Part shown: positions 8,295 to 16,498 of the stretch, piece by piece
Layout: every line of letters begins with the position of its first letter
How positions within the stretch are numbered: the stretch's first letter is position 1
NCBI GenBank assembly: GCA_035291685.1
Contig: DATDRO010000293.1
Location: 1-32,765 of the forward strand
Direction of reading: 5' to 3'
DNA from: Nitrospirota bacterium
GTDB taxonomy: Bacteria; Nitrospirota; UBA9217
Length of the DNA: 32,765 nucleotides
Program-made: the position numbers and the translations under genes
Notes under the pieces: generated by a model
Told to the model about the DNA's origin: nothing
What the model saw: the letters and a program-made list of their open reading frames with translations, nothing else
Database searches by the model: none

Positions 8295-9932
8295 TTATCG
8301 GTTACTCTTCTGTTTTCGGTCAGGACTCGGGCTGATGTCGATTATCTTGGGTGATGACCGGATTGGCGAGGAACTCGCGTCCTTTGCCAGGTCCGCCGTT
8401 CTGTGGGGTCTGTGATGAGAATCACCGCCGCCGGTCAGGGGAGCTAAACGATTTTTTGCCTCCAGCAGAACGCGAGCTTGACGCGCTTCACCTGCGTCCC
8501 GGCGACGCTGCATTTTTTCATCTTCAACGTCTTTATCGGCGGAAAGCACATAGCCGATCTGATTATACCGGCGCAGCGCCGCAGTGTCTTTGCTCAGCGC
8601 GAGCCGCCCAGCCGACATTTCGGCTGCTAAACGCAGAGTACTCTCAAAGTCCCTTTCTATATATTGCTGGTTGGTTATTTCTCCGTCCTGAAGGTATCCG
8701 ATCATTGGCTTTGCCATGATAGACTGATGACGCACAAAGGATGTCAGCATACGCATTGGTATCAAGCGATAACCGCCCGGTCCTTCAAGAACAAGCGGCG
8801 CTACCATGATGTCGTTCCAGATATAATCGGCACGCCGCAAGTAGCGGGTGCGCTCGATGAACGACTGGTAATTCGAACCCGTGGTCGTTCCGTGCAATGA
8901 CACATAGACCGGAACAATCAAGTCATGATAGAGAAACTTCTGGTGAAGCTCCGGCAAACTATCTGCCTTAATAGCGCAGCGATATTCCTCATCACGGCCG
9001 ATATGCGTAGGGCAGATGTCGCAGGCAATACAGCGATTGATGCGTTGACCGGTCAAATTGACCACGGTTGAATGCATGTCGGGCTTGAACCGTGCCACAA
9101 GTCGGTCTACCTCGCGTGCCCCGATATTGTCTGAGTCATGTAATATGAGGAAAAGAGTTTTCGGCTTATCATGCAGCCTGTGTCCGGACCGTATCTGCTT
9201 CAACACCCGCGAAATACGCCGTCCGGTTCCCATGGACGTATCAATGCCGTATGCATCTTTATGCACTGTGCCTACGTCCCCCGCTTGACCGGTTCCTCCG
9301 TATTGGGCAGTCGAGTCACTGTCGTTACCCACGCCCAACAACCCCAGGTTCACCATATCGAACATTTGATACATCAGCGTCGTTTCCTGGCCGCCGTTGC
9401 GTTTTGATCCGACTGAAAGTCCGCCGTAAACACTGCCGCGCATGGCCGATTTCAGCTCGGAATCACCGGCGATGAATTCAATCAGGCTTTCCACAGGGCT
9501 GCTGCGATCACCAAAATAAACCGGGCTCGAGATTATTAAGCCGTCGGCCTCGAGCAATTTGGCGCGAAGGATTTCAGGATTGCGTTGCTGACCAGTAGCA
9601 GTAAAATGTTCGGAAAGGGACAAATGATCTATATCGGCGCCTTCTTTGTGCGCAGCCCACAACGCCGCAGCGAGTAATACCTCGGAATTGCTCAAACCCG
9701 AATCACCGCGGTTCTTCATTAGATTATCATATATTTCAAGAAAGTTTTTCCCTTCTTTTCTGCCCGCCTCGAGGTAGTTCTCGATATGCAATTGCGACTC
9801 GCGTGCAAAATATGCTGTGAGATCTTCCTGCTTGTCTATTTGCTTCAGTTGATCGATCAGGCTGCGATTGCCGGCGCCCCAACGCGCGTTGCGCAAGCTT
9901 GCTGCAATACCGATAATCTTTTGTGATTTCAT
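8295..9932 (-). CDS. two-domain flavodoxin-like / NADPH-dependent FMN-reductase-family protein (tandem domains)
   Basis: The N-terminal domain has IIGIAASLRN...ADGLIISSPVYFGDRSSP...GGLSVGSKRNGGQETT. The second domain has KTLFLILHDSD...CIACDICP...HDLIVPVYVSLHG. Start set at ATG 9932 (MKSQKIIG) with AAGGAG upstream. The gene ends 26 nt from the downstream citrate-synthase-like gene. Confidence 0.7.
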   Translation of the reverse strand: MKSQKIIGIAASLRNARWGAGNRSLIDQLKQIDKQEDLTAYFARESQLHIENYLEAGRKEGKNFLEIYDNLMKNRGDSGLSNSEVLLAAALWAAHKEGADIDHLSLSEHFTATGQQRNPEILRAKLLEADGLIISSPVYFGDRSSPVESLIEFIAGDSELKSAMRGSVYGGLSVGSKRNGGQETTLMYQMFDMVNLGLLGVGNDSDSTAQYGGTGQAGDVGTVHKDAYGIDTSMGTGRRISRVLKQIRSGHRLHDKPKTLFLILHDSDNIGAREVDRLVARFKPDMHSTVVNLTGQRINRCIACDICPTHIGRDEEYRCAIKADSLPELHQKFLYHDLIVPVYVSLHGTTTGSNYQSFIERTRYLRRADYIWNDIMVAPLVLEGPGGYRLIPMRMLTSFVRHQSIMAKPMIGYLQDGEITNQQYIERDFESTLRLAAEMSAGRLALSKDTAALRRYNQIGYVLSADKDVEDEKMQRRRDAGEARQARVLLEAKNRLAPLTGGGDSHHRPHRTADLAKDASSSPIRSSPKIIDISPSPDRKQKSNR

Positions 9933-10036
9933 TCTAAATCTCCTTTTCGGTGCAAAATAAGCAATCAATACTTCTCTCGTGAAACTGCTTCAGAGAGCAA
10001 ATATTTTTGAAGAAAATGCACCTTTGTCGACAAATA

Positions 10037-10052
10037 AGCAATTTACATGCCT
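10037..10052 (-). promoter_or_regulatory. sigma54-type -24/-12 promoter candidate for the flavoprotein / citrate-synthase-like pair
   Basis: The minus strand reads AGGCAT-GTAAA-TTGCT, with GG-to-GC spacing exactly as in TGGCAC-N5-TTGC (9 of 11 consensus positions). It lies about 105 nt upstream of ATG 9932. The predicted start site falls in the perfect palindrome TTTGTCGACAAA (10023-10034). Confidence 0.4.
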
Positions 10053-10275
10053 GCTACCACGATAAATAATGAAGTTGTTGATTATCCGCGCTATATTTCC
10101 ACGTTGCGCAATAAAATGCATTTTGTCTCATACACTGGTAGAAGTTTCCAAGAGATTATTTGTCCAGAATTTGGGCGAAAGAGTCGGATTACGTCTTTAT
10201 TATTACTTAAGGAGACAACTTAAGGAGAGAATTTGCGTATTTGGAAAGAAAGAGTTTGTTGATCGACGCAGCTAT

Positions 10276-11046
10276 TTATTCATTTTTACGGCAGGTACTA
10301 TTTTTTTCAGGCATCTTGCTTTTAAGATATCGCAGCCCGGTCCAGATCAGCACAGTTGCGAAAATGATCCGTAAAACGGTTTCCGAAAGTACATGCGCCA
10401 GCGTTCCGCCAAGATAAGTACCGAACAGAATCCCGGGAATGAGTCCCATCAAAAGATTTGTTTTGACATTCCCGAGTTTCCAGTGTGTATGCGCGCCGAC
10501 AGCGCCCGCCGGTACCATTGCAAAAAGCGAACTGCCTTGTGCCAGGTGCTGTTCAAAGCCAACAAGCAGCACCATAGCCGGAACCATGATCGATCCGCCT
10601 CCGACGCCCATCATACCGGAGAGAAAACCGGTGAAAACGCCGGTTAAGAGCAATACGAGGATTTTTGGCAAACCCGATTCCATGCCATGAACATGCGGAA
10701 GATAAGGTTTGAGAAGCAAAAGGAGAGACACGAAGAGGAGAAAGCCGCCAAAGGACTTTTTTAACATCCACTCAGGTAATGCATGGGCATATCGAGCTCC
10801 CGCCCGTGCGGTCACCGTGGCTGTTGTAGCCAACAGAATTGCAGCGGTAACATCGACGCTGCCCTGCATCCCATAAGCAACGGTACCCGCAACGCCGGTA
10901 AAGACGAGGGTTACGAGACTCGTACCATGAGCTTTGATTTGATCCATCTTCAAAATATCGACCATGAAGAGGATTATGATGACGCCGCCGCCGAGTCCGA
11001 CGAGGCCTCCGAACATACCGGCTAAAAAACCGATGAGAAAACTCAT
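10276..11046 (-). CDS. TauE/SafE family sulfite/anion exporter (DUF81)
   Basis: Polytopic membrane protein with the duplicated glycine-rich motifs typical of the family (GMFGGLVGLGGGVII and GFLSGMMGVGGGSIMVP). Confidence 0.88.
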   Translation of the reverse strand: MSFLIGFLAGMFGGLVGLGGGVIIILFMVDILKMDQIKAHGTSLVTLVFTGVAGTVAYGMQGSVDVTAAILLATTATVTARAGARYAHALPEWMLKKSFGGFLLFVSLLLLLKPYLPHVHGMESGLPKILVLLLTGVFTGFLSGMMGVGGGSIMVPAMVLLVGFEQHLAQGSSLFAMVPAGAVGAHTHWKLGNVKTNLLMGLIPGILFGTYLGGTLAHVLSETVLRIIFATVLIWTGLRYLKSKMPEKNSTCRKNE

Positions 11047-11370
11047 AGTGTTGTCATGATAAGTTCGCTATCCAGAGACTTTGTTCGTCTGCAAGTGTAA
11101 TCACAGTATAACATGAGGTTGGCGGGAAAGTAAATCCTCTTTGCGAAAAAGTCCTTGCGCAGTAACGGCCCTTAAGGTATACTTTTATGCATCGTTGTTG
11201 TTAGAGTGTTTCTGGATTTGCCCGATAGATAGAAATGACAAATCCGCATAAATGGCGGAACGCCGTTCGCTATCGCATAAAATGGGAAATCTGCTGTCAA
11301 GCAATGCGATAAGGCGCTTAGCTGAGCAAACGAAACAATTTTTAAATCCGAAACGAAAGGAGAAAAAGCA

Positions 11371-12330
11371 ATGTTGATTGTTAAAAAAGGTTATTTTATT
11401 GCATTGGTTTTCATTATCGCCGTGTTTGCGACAGAGGCCATGGCCAAAAGCAAGATAGGGATACTCATCTGGAGTGAAGAGAGCCGCTATGCCGAGGCCA
11501 ACCGAGGCTTCATGGAACAGCTCAAGAATGATGGTTTTGCGGAAGCACAGGTTGATTTCACGATAGAAAATGCGAAGGGAAACAAAGTAAAGGCGTCGGA
11601 ATTGGCGCAAAAATTTGCTTCACGCGGGATGGATATGGTCGTAGCGATCGGCGCGAGCGCAGCGATTGCTGTTGCTAAAGAGATCAAGGACGTGCCGGTT
11701 ATCTTAAACTTTGTCTACGACCCTGTTGATGCAAAAATTGCCCAGTCCTGGCAGAGTTCAGGCAACAACACTACAGGGACAACCCCAAAATATCCAGTGT
11801 CGAAACTGGTGAGTTACCTCAAACAGCTCGCGCCGGTAAATAAATTAGCCGTCCTGTACACGTCGGGTGAGAAGAACTCAGAGGCTCAGTTAAAAGAGTT
11901 TCTGGCAATACAGGCTGATTCTCAAATCACCATTGTACCGGTCGACTTGTCCCGGAAAGAAGAGGTGAGTTTGACCATACCTGATGTCTGTCAGCGAGTG
12001 GATGCGATATATTTTTCCGGCAGCAACATTGTGTCGCAGACAGCCGCTGAGATTGTGGACATAGCGGCCAAAGCGAAAGTGATTACCGTAACACATCTCG
12101 ATGACCTCGTAACGAAAGGCGTGCTCTTGGGGGTCTATGCAGATCCGCTTTTAGTAGGTAAGCTGGCGGGAAAGAAGGCAGTAAAAATTTTGAAGGGTGC
12201 AAAGCCCTCATCCATTCCCATAGAATCCATGAAAGACTTGGAGGTTGTTATTAACATGAAGACGGCAAGAGCGAGCCGCATCGATGTGCCGTCGGCTTTT
12301 TTGAAGACAGCAACGAAGGTGATCGAATAA
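11371..12330 (+). CDS. ABC transporter substrate-binding protein, ABC_sub_bind (PF04392-like) family, orphan
   Basis: N-terminal signal-like hydrophobic segment, then KIGILIWSEESRY...MDMVVAIGASAAIAV...AVLYTSGEKNS, typical of this periplasmic binding family. AAGGAG SD is present. No permease or ATPase gene is adjacent. Confidence 0.8.
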   Translation: MLIVKKGYFIALVFIIAVFATEAMAKSKIGILIWSEESRYAEANRGFMEQLKNDGFAEAQVDFTIENAKGNKVKASELAQKFASRGMDMVVAIGASAAIAVAKEIKDVPVILNFVYDPVDAKIAQSWQSSGNNTTGTTPKYPVSKLVSYLKQLAPVNKLAVLYTSGEKNSEAQLKEFLAIQADSQITIVPVDLSRKEEVSLTIPDVCQRVDAIYFSGSNIVSQTAAEIVDIAAKAKVITVTHLDDLVTKGVLLGVYADPLLVGKLAGKKAVKILKGAKPSSIPIESMKDLEVVINMKTARASRIDVPSAFLKTATKVIE

Positions 12331-12401
12331 CACGCCTGGCAAGGTTATATTGCAGCGAGCTTGCAATTCGGGGCCAAAATTAAATAAACATTAGTCCATA
12401 A

Positions 12402-12441
12402 AAAAGCACGGGGCACAAATATAGCCCGTGCTTTTTTTTAC
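12402..12441. terminator. bidirectional rho-independent terminator
   Basis: AAAAAA-GCACGGG (12408-12414), an 11-12 nt loop, then CCCGTGC (12427-12433)-TTTTTTTT. A-run and T-run flanks allow it to work on both strands, between the convergent genes 11371..12330 (+) and 12641..13591 (-). Confidence 0.75.
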
Positions 12442-12640
12442 AAAATGGGGACTCATGATGTCCCCCCGCCGATGCCGCAATGCCTCCAGGTAAACCGGCA
12501 AGACAGCCGATCAGAAGACTTATAGTCATATTCATATAGACTCTTTCCAAGCTTGTCTTCGCGAAGAGTTCACGAAGACAGCAACCTGCCCAGGACAGAA
12601 CACATATTATTTTGATTTATTCATAAAGAGCTGACAGTGC

Positions 12641-13591
12641 CTATAATGTCTCGGACAACTCTATAATTGCTGCTGCGAGGAGCGGAAACATGATCTCGTG
12701 GTGGCCGGTGAGCGCGTACCCCTTGCCGCCTTCCTTCGTGGGGCGGTGTACAACGTTCGCATTTGGTCGATAGTGCTGAATGAAATCCATGTTGACCGTG
12801 GTAAAGTGCCGAAGCGGGTATCCGAGGTTTCGACAGAGCGTCACGGCCTTGAGGAAAATTTCCGGCAGGAGCACCGCTGACCCGAGATTTATGTAAACGC
12901 CTCCCTCGAGATCGGACACCAGCGAGCAGAACGTTCGGAAATCCTTATGAGCGGCTGCGCCGGTTGACCGGCCGTCGAACGACGGGTGCATGTGGATGAT
13001 ATCGGTCCCCAGTGCTATATGGACCGTCACGGGTATCCCCAGACGCTCACCGGCAGCGAGCAGACTCCGGTCCTTATACGGGAAGCTGCCCGCGCTGATC
13101 ATGTTGCCGACTGCCTTGCCGATCCCCTTGTCTTCGTCGGAGCTTTCCGCAGCAGCATGAACAGCCTGATTTAGCATGCTGCCGGTTTCTTCCGCCATGC
13201 CGAAAGCGCCGCTCAGGATCTCCTTGTCCACGTCTTCTGATGTCTGCCCGATAAAAGCAAGTTCAAAATCATGGATGATCCCGGCGCCGTTGAGCGAAAG
13301 GCTCGTGATGATACCCCGTTCCATCAGGTCTATGATCACCGGGCTCAACCCTACTTTGATGGGGTGGGCGCCCATCCCGAGCATGACGGGCTTCTTGTTT
13401 CTGCGAGCCTGGACCACGGCGGATGCAACTTCCTTCAGGTTTTTCGACGCGAGGATGTCCGGAAGGGCGGAAAAGAAATCTTTAAAACTCCTCCCCGGCT
13501 GATGAGGTTTGGAAAAATGATCGATCCTGACCTTACTCGGCCGATCCTTGAGGGAGTAGCGTTTTATGTGAGAGATGTCTATCTTTTTCAT
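12641..13591 (-). CDS. conserved protein, tentatively deoxyhypusine-synthase-like (DHS-like NAD-binding fold); function unknown
   Basis: A clean 316-aa ORF sits 18 nt downstream of gmhA. By eye, LGMGAHPIKVGLSPVIIDLMERGIITSLSLNGAGIIHDFE and GIPVTVHIALGTD resemble the DHS segments LGYTSNLISSGIRE...VTTAGGVEED and IPVFCPALTDG. The coding call is solid. The family call is weak. Confidence 0.55.
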   Translation of the reverse strand: MKKIDISHIKRYSLKDRPSKVRIDHFSKPHQPGRSFKDFFSALPDILASKNLKEVASAVVQARRNKKPVMLGMGAHPIKVGLSPVIIDLMERGIITSLSLNGAGIIHDFELAFIGQTSEDVDKEILSGAFGMAEETGSMLNQAVHAAAESSDEDKGIGKAVGNMISAGSFPYKDRSLLAAGERLGIPVTVHIALGTDIIHMHPSFDGRSTGAAAHKDFRTFCSLVSDLEGGVYINLGSAVLLPEIFLKAVTLCRNLGYPLRHFTTVNMDFIQHYRPNANVVHRPTKEGGKGYALTGHHEIMFPLLAAAIIELSETL

Positions 13592-13609
13592 GGAGACGGG
13601 GGTGTCGGC

Positions 13610-14188
13610 TCAGTGAGGCCTGCCAAAGAGTTCTTCATCCACCATCTCGCAGATAGTGTGGCCGAGCGTGATGTGGGTTTCCTGTATCCTCGGGGTATGC
13701 TTCGTCGCAACAATGAATGAATAATCGGCTGACTGTGCTAATTTTCCACCGGACCCTCCGGTAATAGCGATGATCTTCATGCCGTTCTTTTTCGCCACCT
13801 CAACCGCCTTGAGGACATTGGGCGAGTTGCCGCTCGTGCTTATGGCGATCACGATATCGCCTTCGTGACCGAGCGCGGCAAGCTGCTTCGAAAACACCTG
13901 AGAATAGTCGTAATCATTGCTGATGCTCGTCAATACGGCCGGATCGGTGTTCAGGGCGATCGCAGGGAGCGGCGGGCGCTCCATAAGAAAACGGTTCACG
14001 AATTCAGCCGCAATATGCGAGGCGTCGGTGGCGCTGCCCCCGTTTCCGAAGAGGATCACTTTTTTCCCCTCGCGGAACGCCTGCGCGATCAGTCGGACGA
14101 CATCTACGATCTTTTCCGCGTTTTCCCTGACGAATGCGGTCTTAACGCGAGCGCTCTCTTCGAAAATTTTTATTATACGATCCCGCAT
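13610..14188 (-). CDS. gmhA: SIS-domain phosphoheptose isomerase (GmhA/DiaA family)
   Basis: Motifs LFGNGGSATDASHIAAEF, ALNTD...LTSISNDY.Y..VF and DIVIAISTSGNSPNV. The likely start is MRDRIIKIF (14188). The track start at 14227 adds 13 residues. Confidence 0.85.
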   Translation of the reverse strand: MRDRIIKIFEESARVKTAFVRENAEKIVDVVRLIAQAFREGKKVILFGNGGSATDASHIAAEFVNRFLMERPPLPAIALNTDPAVLTSISNDYDYSQVFSKQLAALGHEGDIVIAISTSGNSPNVLKAVEVAKKNGMKIIAITGGSGGKLAQSADYSFIVATKHTPRIQETHITLGHTICEMVDEELFGRPH

Positions 14189-14258
14189 GTTCTTTCCCTT
14201 TTTTAATGCTCCGGTATTATATTCCAAGCCTCATAAATGTCAAGGCAAAAGGGGATGA

Positions 14259-14348
14259 CGGCGCATAGGGCGGATAGCAGAGGGCAGGGCGCAAAGAGCG
14301 TTCAGTAAAATCCGCGTTCCATATCCTGTGCCCAATGCCCTTTGCCCA
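14259..14348. repeat. G-rich imperfect-palindromic intergenic element (REP-like), related to the one at 19329-19400
   Basis: Shares GCGCATAGGGC (14261-14271 and 19341-19351) plus nearby AGAGGGCA and GCGCAAAG motifs with the second copy. Internally it pairs AGGGCAGGGC-type units with GCCCAATGCCCTTTGCCC. Confidence 0.35.
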
Positions 14349-14349
14349 C

Positions 14350-14394
14350 AAAAAAGAAAGGGCCCCGGTATATACCTAAAATATAATACCGGGG
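14350..14394 (-). terminator. rho-independent terminator downstream of rsmA
   Basis: CCCCGGTAT (14363-14371) pairs with ATACCGGGG (14386-14394). On the minus strand the hairpin is followed by CCCTTTCTTTTTT (complement of 14350-14362). Confidence 0.7.
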
Positions 14395-14528
14395 CTTTCG
14401 GGGGGGTAATCTACAGCCCAGCCCGGTTCCTTCGTGAGAACCCGGCCGGCCCGTAAATTGAAAGGCTTTATGTGAACTAAATTTAACATATTTTTATTGT
14501 TCTGTCAAGTTTTTTAAGTTACAGCTAA

Positions 14529-15362
14529 TTAACTTGTTTTTACAGCATGTTGACCCTGCAAAAAATCAGCCAGCGCCCCAAAATCGCCAATGCTCAGGGT
14601 CTCTGCCCGCCGGCCGAGGTCAATGCCTGTCGCGGACAGGACCTGGTCTGTCCGTTCCTTCGGAATACCGAGTTGGCGGATGGCATTTCGGAGTGTCTTC
14701 CGGCGCTGGGAGAAGGCGGCCTTTACGAGGAGAAAAAAGAAATGCTCGTCCCGCACCACAACAGCAGGCGCGTCCCGGACCCGGAGAGTGATGACTGCTG
14801 ATTCGATCTCGGGCTGGGGCGTGAAGGCGCCCGGAGGCACGATGAATTCCATCCTCGCTTCGGTATAGAACTGTACCAGCACCGAGAGATAGCCATACTC
14901 CTTGCCGCCGGGCGGCGAGGCGATGCGTTCCGCTACTTCTTTCTGGAGCATGAGGGTGAGCGATGAAAACTTTTCCCGGACTTGGAGAAGCTTCCGTATG
15001 ATGGGCGTTGAAATATAGTAGGGAAGATTGGCAACGACTTTCCATTTGCCGGGCAAGGTCTCGTACTGATACTCGAGCGCATCGGCATGGACGATCTCTC
15101 TGTTCGCCGTTCCCGAAAATTGTTCCCGAAGGCGGGGAATAAGCCGCTTGTCAAACTCGATAGCAATGACCCTTTTTGCCCTGGCCGCGAGTTCCCGCGT
15201 GAGATGGCCGAGTCCCGGGCCGATCTCGAGCACCTGATCGTCCGGATTGATCCGGGCAGCCTCAGCTATTTTTTTCAGATAATACGGCTCTTTTAAAAAA
15301 TGCTGACCAAGCGATTTTTTTGGCCGTATAGGTCCGCCCTCGTCCATCGAATCCTCTCTCAA
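14529..15362 (-). CDS. rsmA: 16S rRNA (adenine1518/1519-N6)-dimethyltransferase RsmA/KsgA
   Basis: KKSLGQHFL, the SAM-binding motif VLEIGPGLGHLTREL, and NLPYYISTPII. An alternative start lies at 15347. Confidence 0.93.
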   Translation of the reverse strand: MREDSMDEGGPIRPKKSLGQHFLKEPYYLKKIAEAARINPDDQVLEIGPGLGHLTRELAARAKRVIAIEFDKRLIPRLREQFSGTANREIVHADALEYQYETLPGKWKVVANLPYYISTPIIRKLLQVREKFSSLTLMLQKEVAERIASPPGGKEYGYLSVLVQFYTEARMEFIVPPGAFTPQPEIESAVITLRVRDAPAVVVRDEHFFFLLVKAAFSQRRKTLRNAIRQLGIPKERTDQVLSATGIDLGRRAETLSIGDFGALADFLQGQHAVKTS

Positions 15363-15368
15363 CCGTTT

Positions 15369-16205
15369 CTATACGCGCAGTCGCGGGTCCAGCCTGTCCC
15401 GCAAGAAGTCGCCTAACACATTAAAACTGATCACGGTCACGCTGATCGCGAGGCCCGGGAAGATCACCATCCACGGAGCGGAACCAATGTAGGCGCGATT
15501 GAGACTGATCATCGAGCCCCACGTGGGGGTCGGGGGCTGCACGCCGAGGCCGAGGAACGATAGGGCGGCCTCGAGCAGGATGAAACCGCCGACGCGGAGA
15601 CTGCCGGCCACGAGAAGAAGAGGGAGTGCGTTCGGAAGAATGTGTTTATAAAGAATTCTCGCGGATGAAGCGCCGAGCGCACGGGATGCCTCGACATAGG
15701 TCTGCTCTTTGAGAGAGAGAGCAACGCCGCGAACGAGCCGGGCGAAGCCGGCCCAGCCAACAAGCGTGATGGCGAGCATTGCCGAGGTGAGTCCCGGCTG
15801 CATGACCGCGCTGATGCCTATGGCAAGCAAAAGACTCGGAAAGGCAAGGAAGATGTCGAACATTTGTGAGAGAAATATATCAACTTTTCCGCCGAAATAG
15901 CCGGCGCAAAGTCCTAAAACGATGCCGATGCAGAGAGAGAGCGCGGATGCGGCAATGCCGACCGTGAGTGATACCCGGGCGCCGGCGACGATGCGCGAGA
16001 GGATGTCCCTGCCTTTGCTGTCCGTGCCGAAAGGATGGGCTGCGCTCGGCGGCTGTCTGAGACTGTCCAGGTCCATGTCGCGCGGCCCATAGGGCACAAG
16101 AAAGGGCCCTATGATCGCGGTGAGCACGAGCAGCACGATGAGCAGAGCAGCAATCGCGGCCGGCGTGGACGCGGTAAGGTCTTTATAAAAAAAAGTCTTC
16201 AACAT
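15369..16205 (-). CDS. ABC transporter permease, OppC/DppC family
   Basis: N-terminal segment ...PFGTDSKGRDILSRIVAGARVSL and a BPD_transp_1-type core (ASRALGASSARILYKHILPNALPLL). Confidence 0.9.
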   Translation of the reverse strand: MLKTFFYKDLTASTPAAIAALLIVLLVLTAIIGPFLVPYGPRDMDLDSLRQPPSAAHPFGTDSKGRDILSRIVAGARVSLTVGIAASALSLCIGIVLGLCAGYFGGKVDIFLSQMFDIFLAFPSLLLAIGISAVMQPGLTSAMLAITLVGWAGFARLVRGVALSLKEQTYVEASRALGASSARILYKHILPNALPLLLVAGSLRVGGFILLEAALSFLGLGVQPPTPTWGSMISLNRAYIGSAPWMVIFPGLAISVTVISFNVLGDFLRDRLDPRLRV

Positions 16206-16406
16206 GATTTTTATGATGCGGGGTAACCACCCCGGTCGTCCGCTCGCTCTGTCGATTAACCTGCTGATAATCCAACTTATAACTGATGACTAGTAACTAT
16301 CAACAGGTATGAGTTACCGGTTGTAAGTTATAGGTCCGCAACGCGGTGCACGCTTACACCACGCCAACGGCGTGGTCGCGGCCGGCCTGTGCGCCTGAGC
16401 GGTTAC

Positions 16407-16430
16407 GATGCAGGATGCACGATACAGGAT
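16407..16430. repeat. short tandem heptamer repeat inside the inter-permease spacer
   Basis: GATGCAG GATGCAC GATACAG GAT, about 3.4 copies, read directly. Confidence 0.5.
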
Positions 16431-16498
16431 TTAATCACGCGCCTTTCTTCATACATCGGGAATCGCATTATCAGGGTCAATCCGCTTCGAAAAAAGTT

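Noticed and set aside
12337-12354. TGGCAAGGTTATATTGCA just after the binding-protein stop, considered as a sigma54 promoter.
   Set aside because: The GG-to-GC spacing is 14 nt rather than 12. It also sits between a stop codon and a terminator, with no downstream + strand gene.
12380-12535. 51-codon minus-strand ORF MNMTISLLIGCLAGLPGGIAASAGGHHESPFCKKK... with a lipobox-like LIGC and a glycine-zipper-like segment.
   Set aside because: The frame runs straight through the strong bidirectional terminator (12402-12441), so the stop codon would lie beyond the transcript end. It has only a weak SD and no positively charged n-region. One caveat: a 1-nt change in the C6 run at 12463-12468 would give a roughly 29-codon peptide ending at a TGA (12456-12458) just before the terminator. 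A sequencing-error or phase-variable small lipoprotein therefore cannot be fully excluded.
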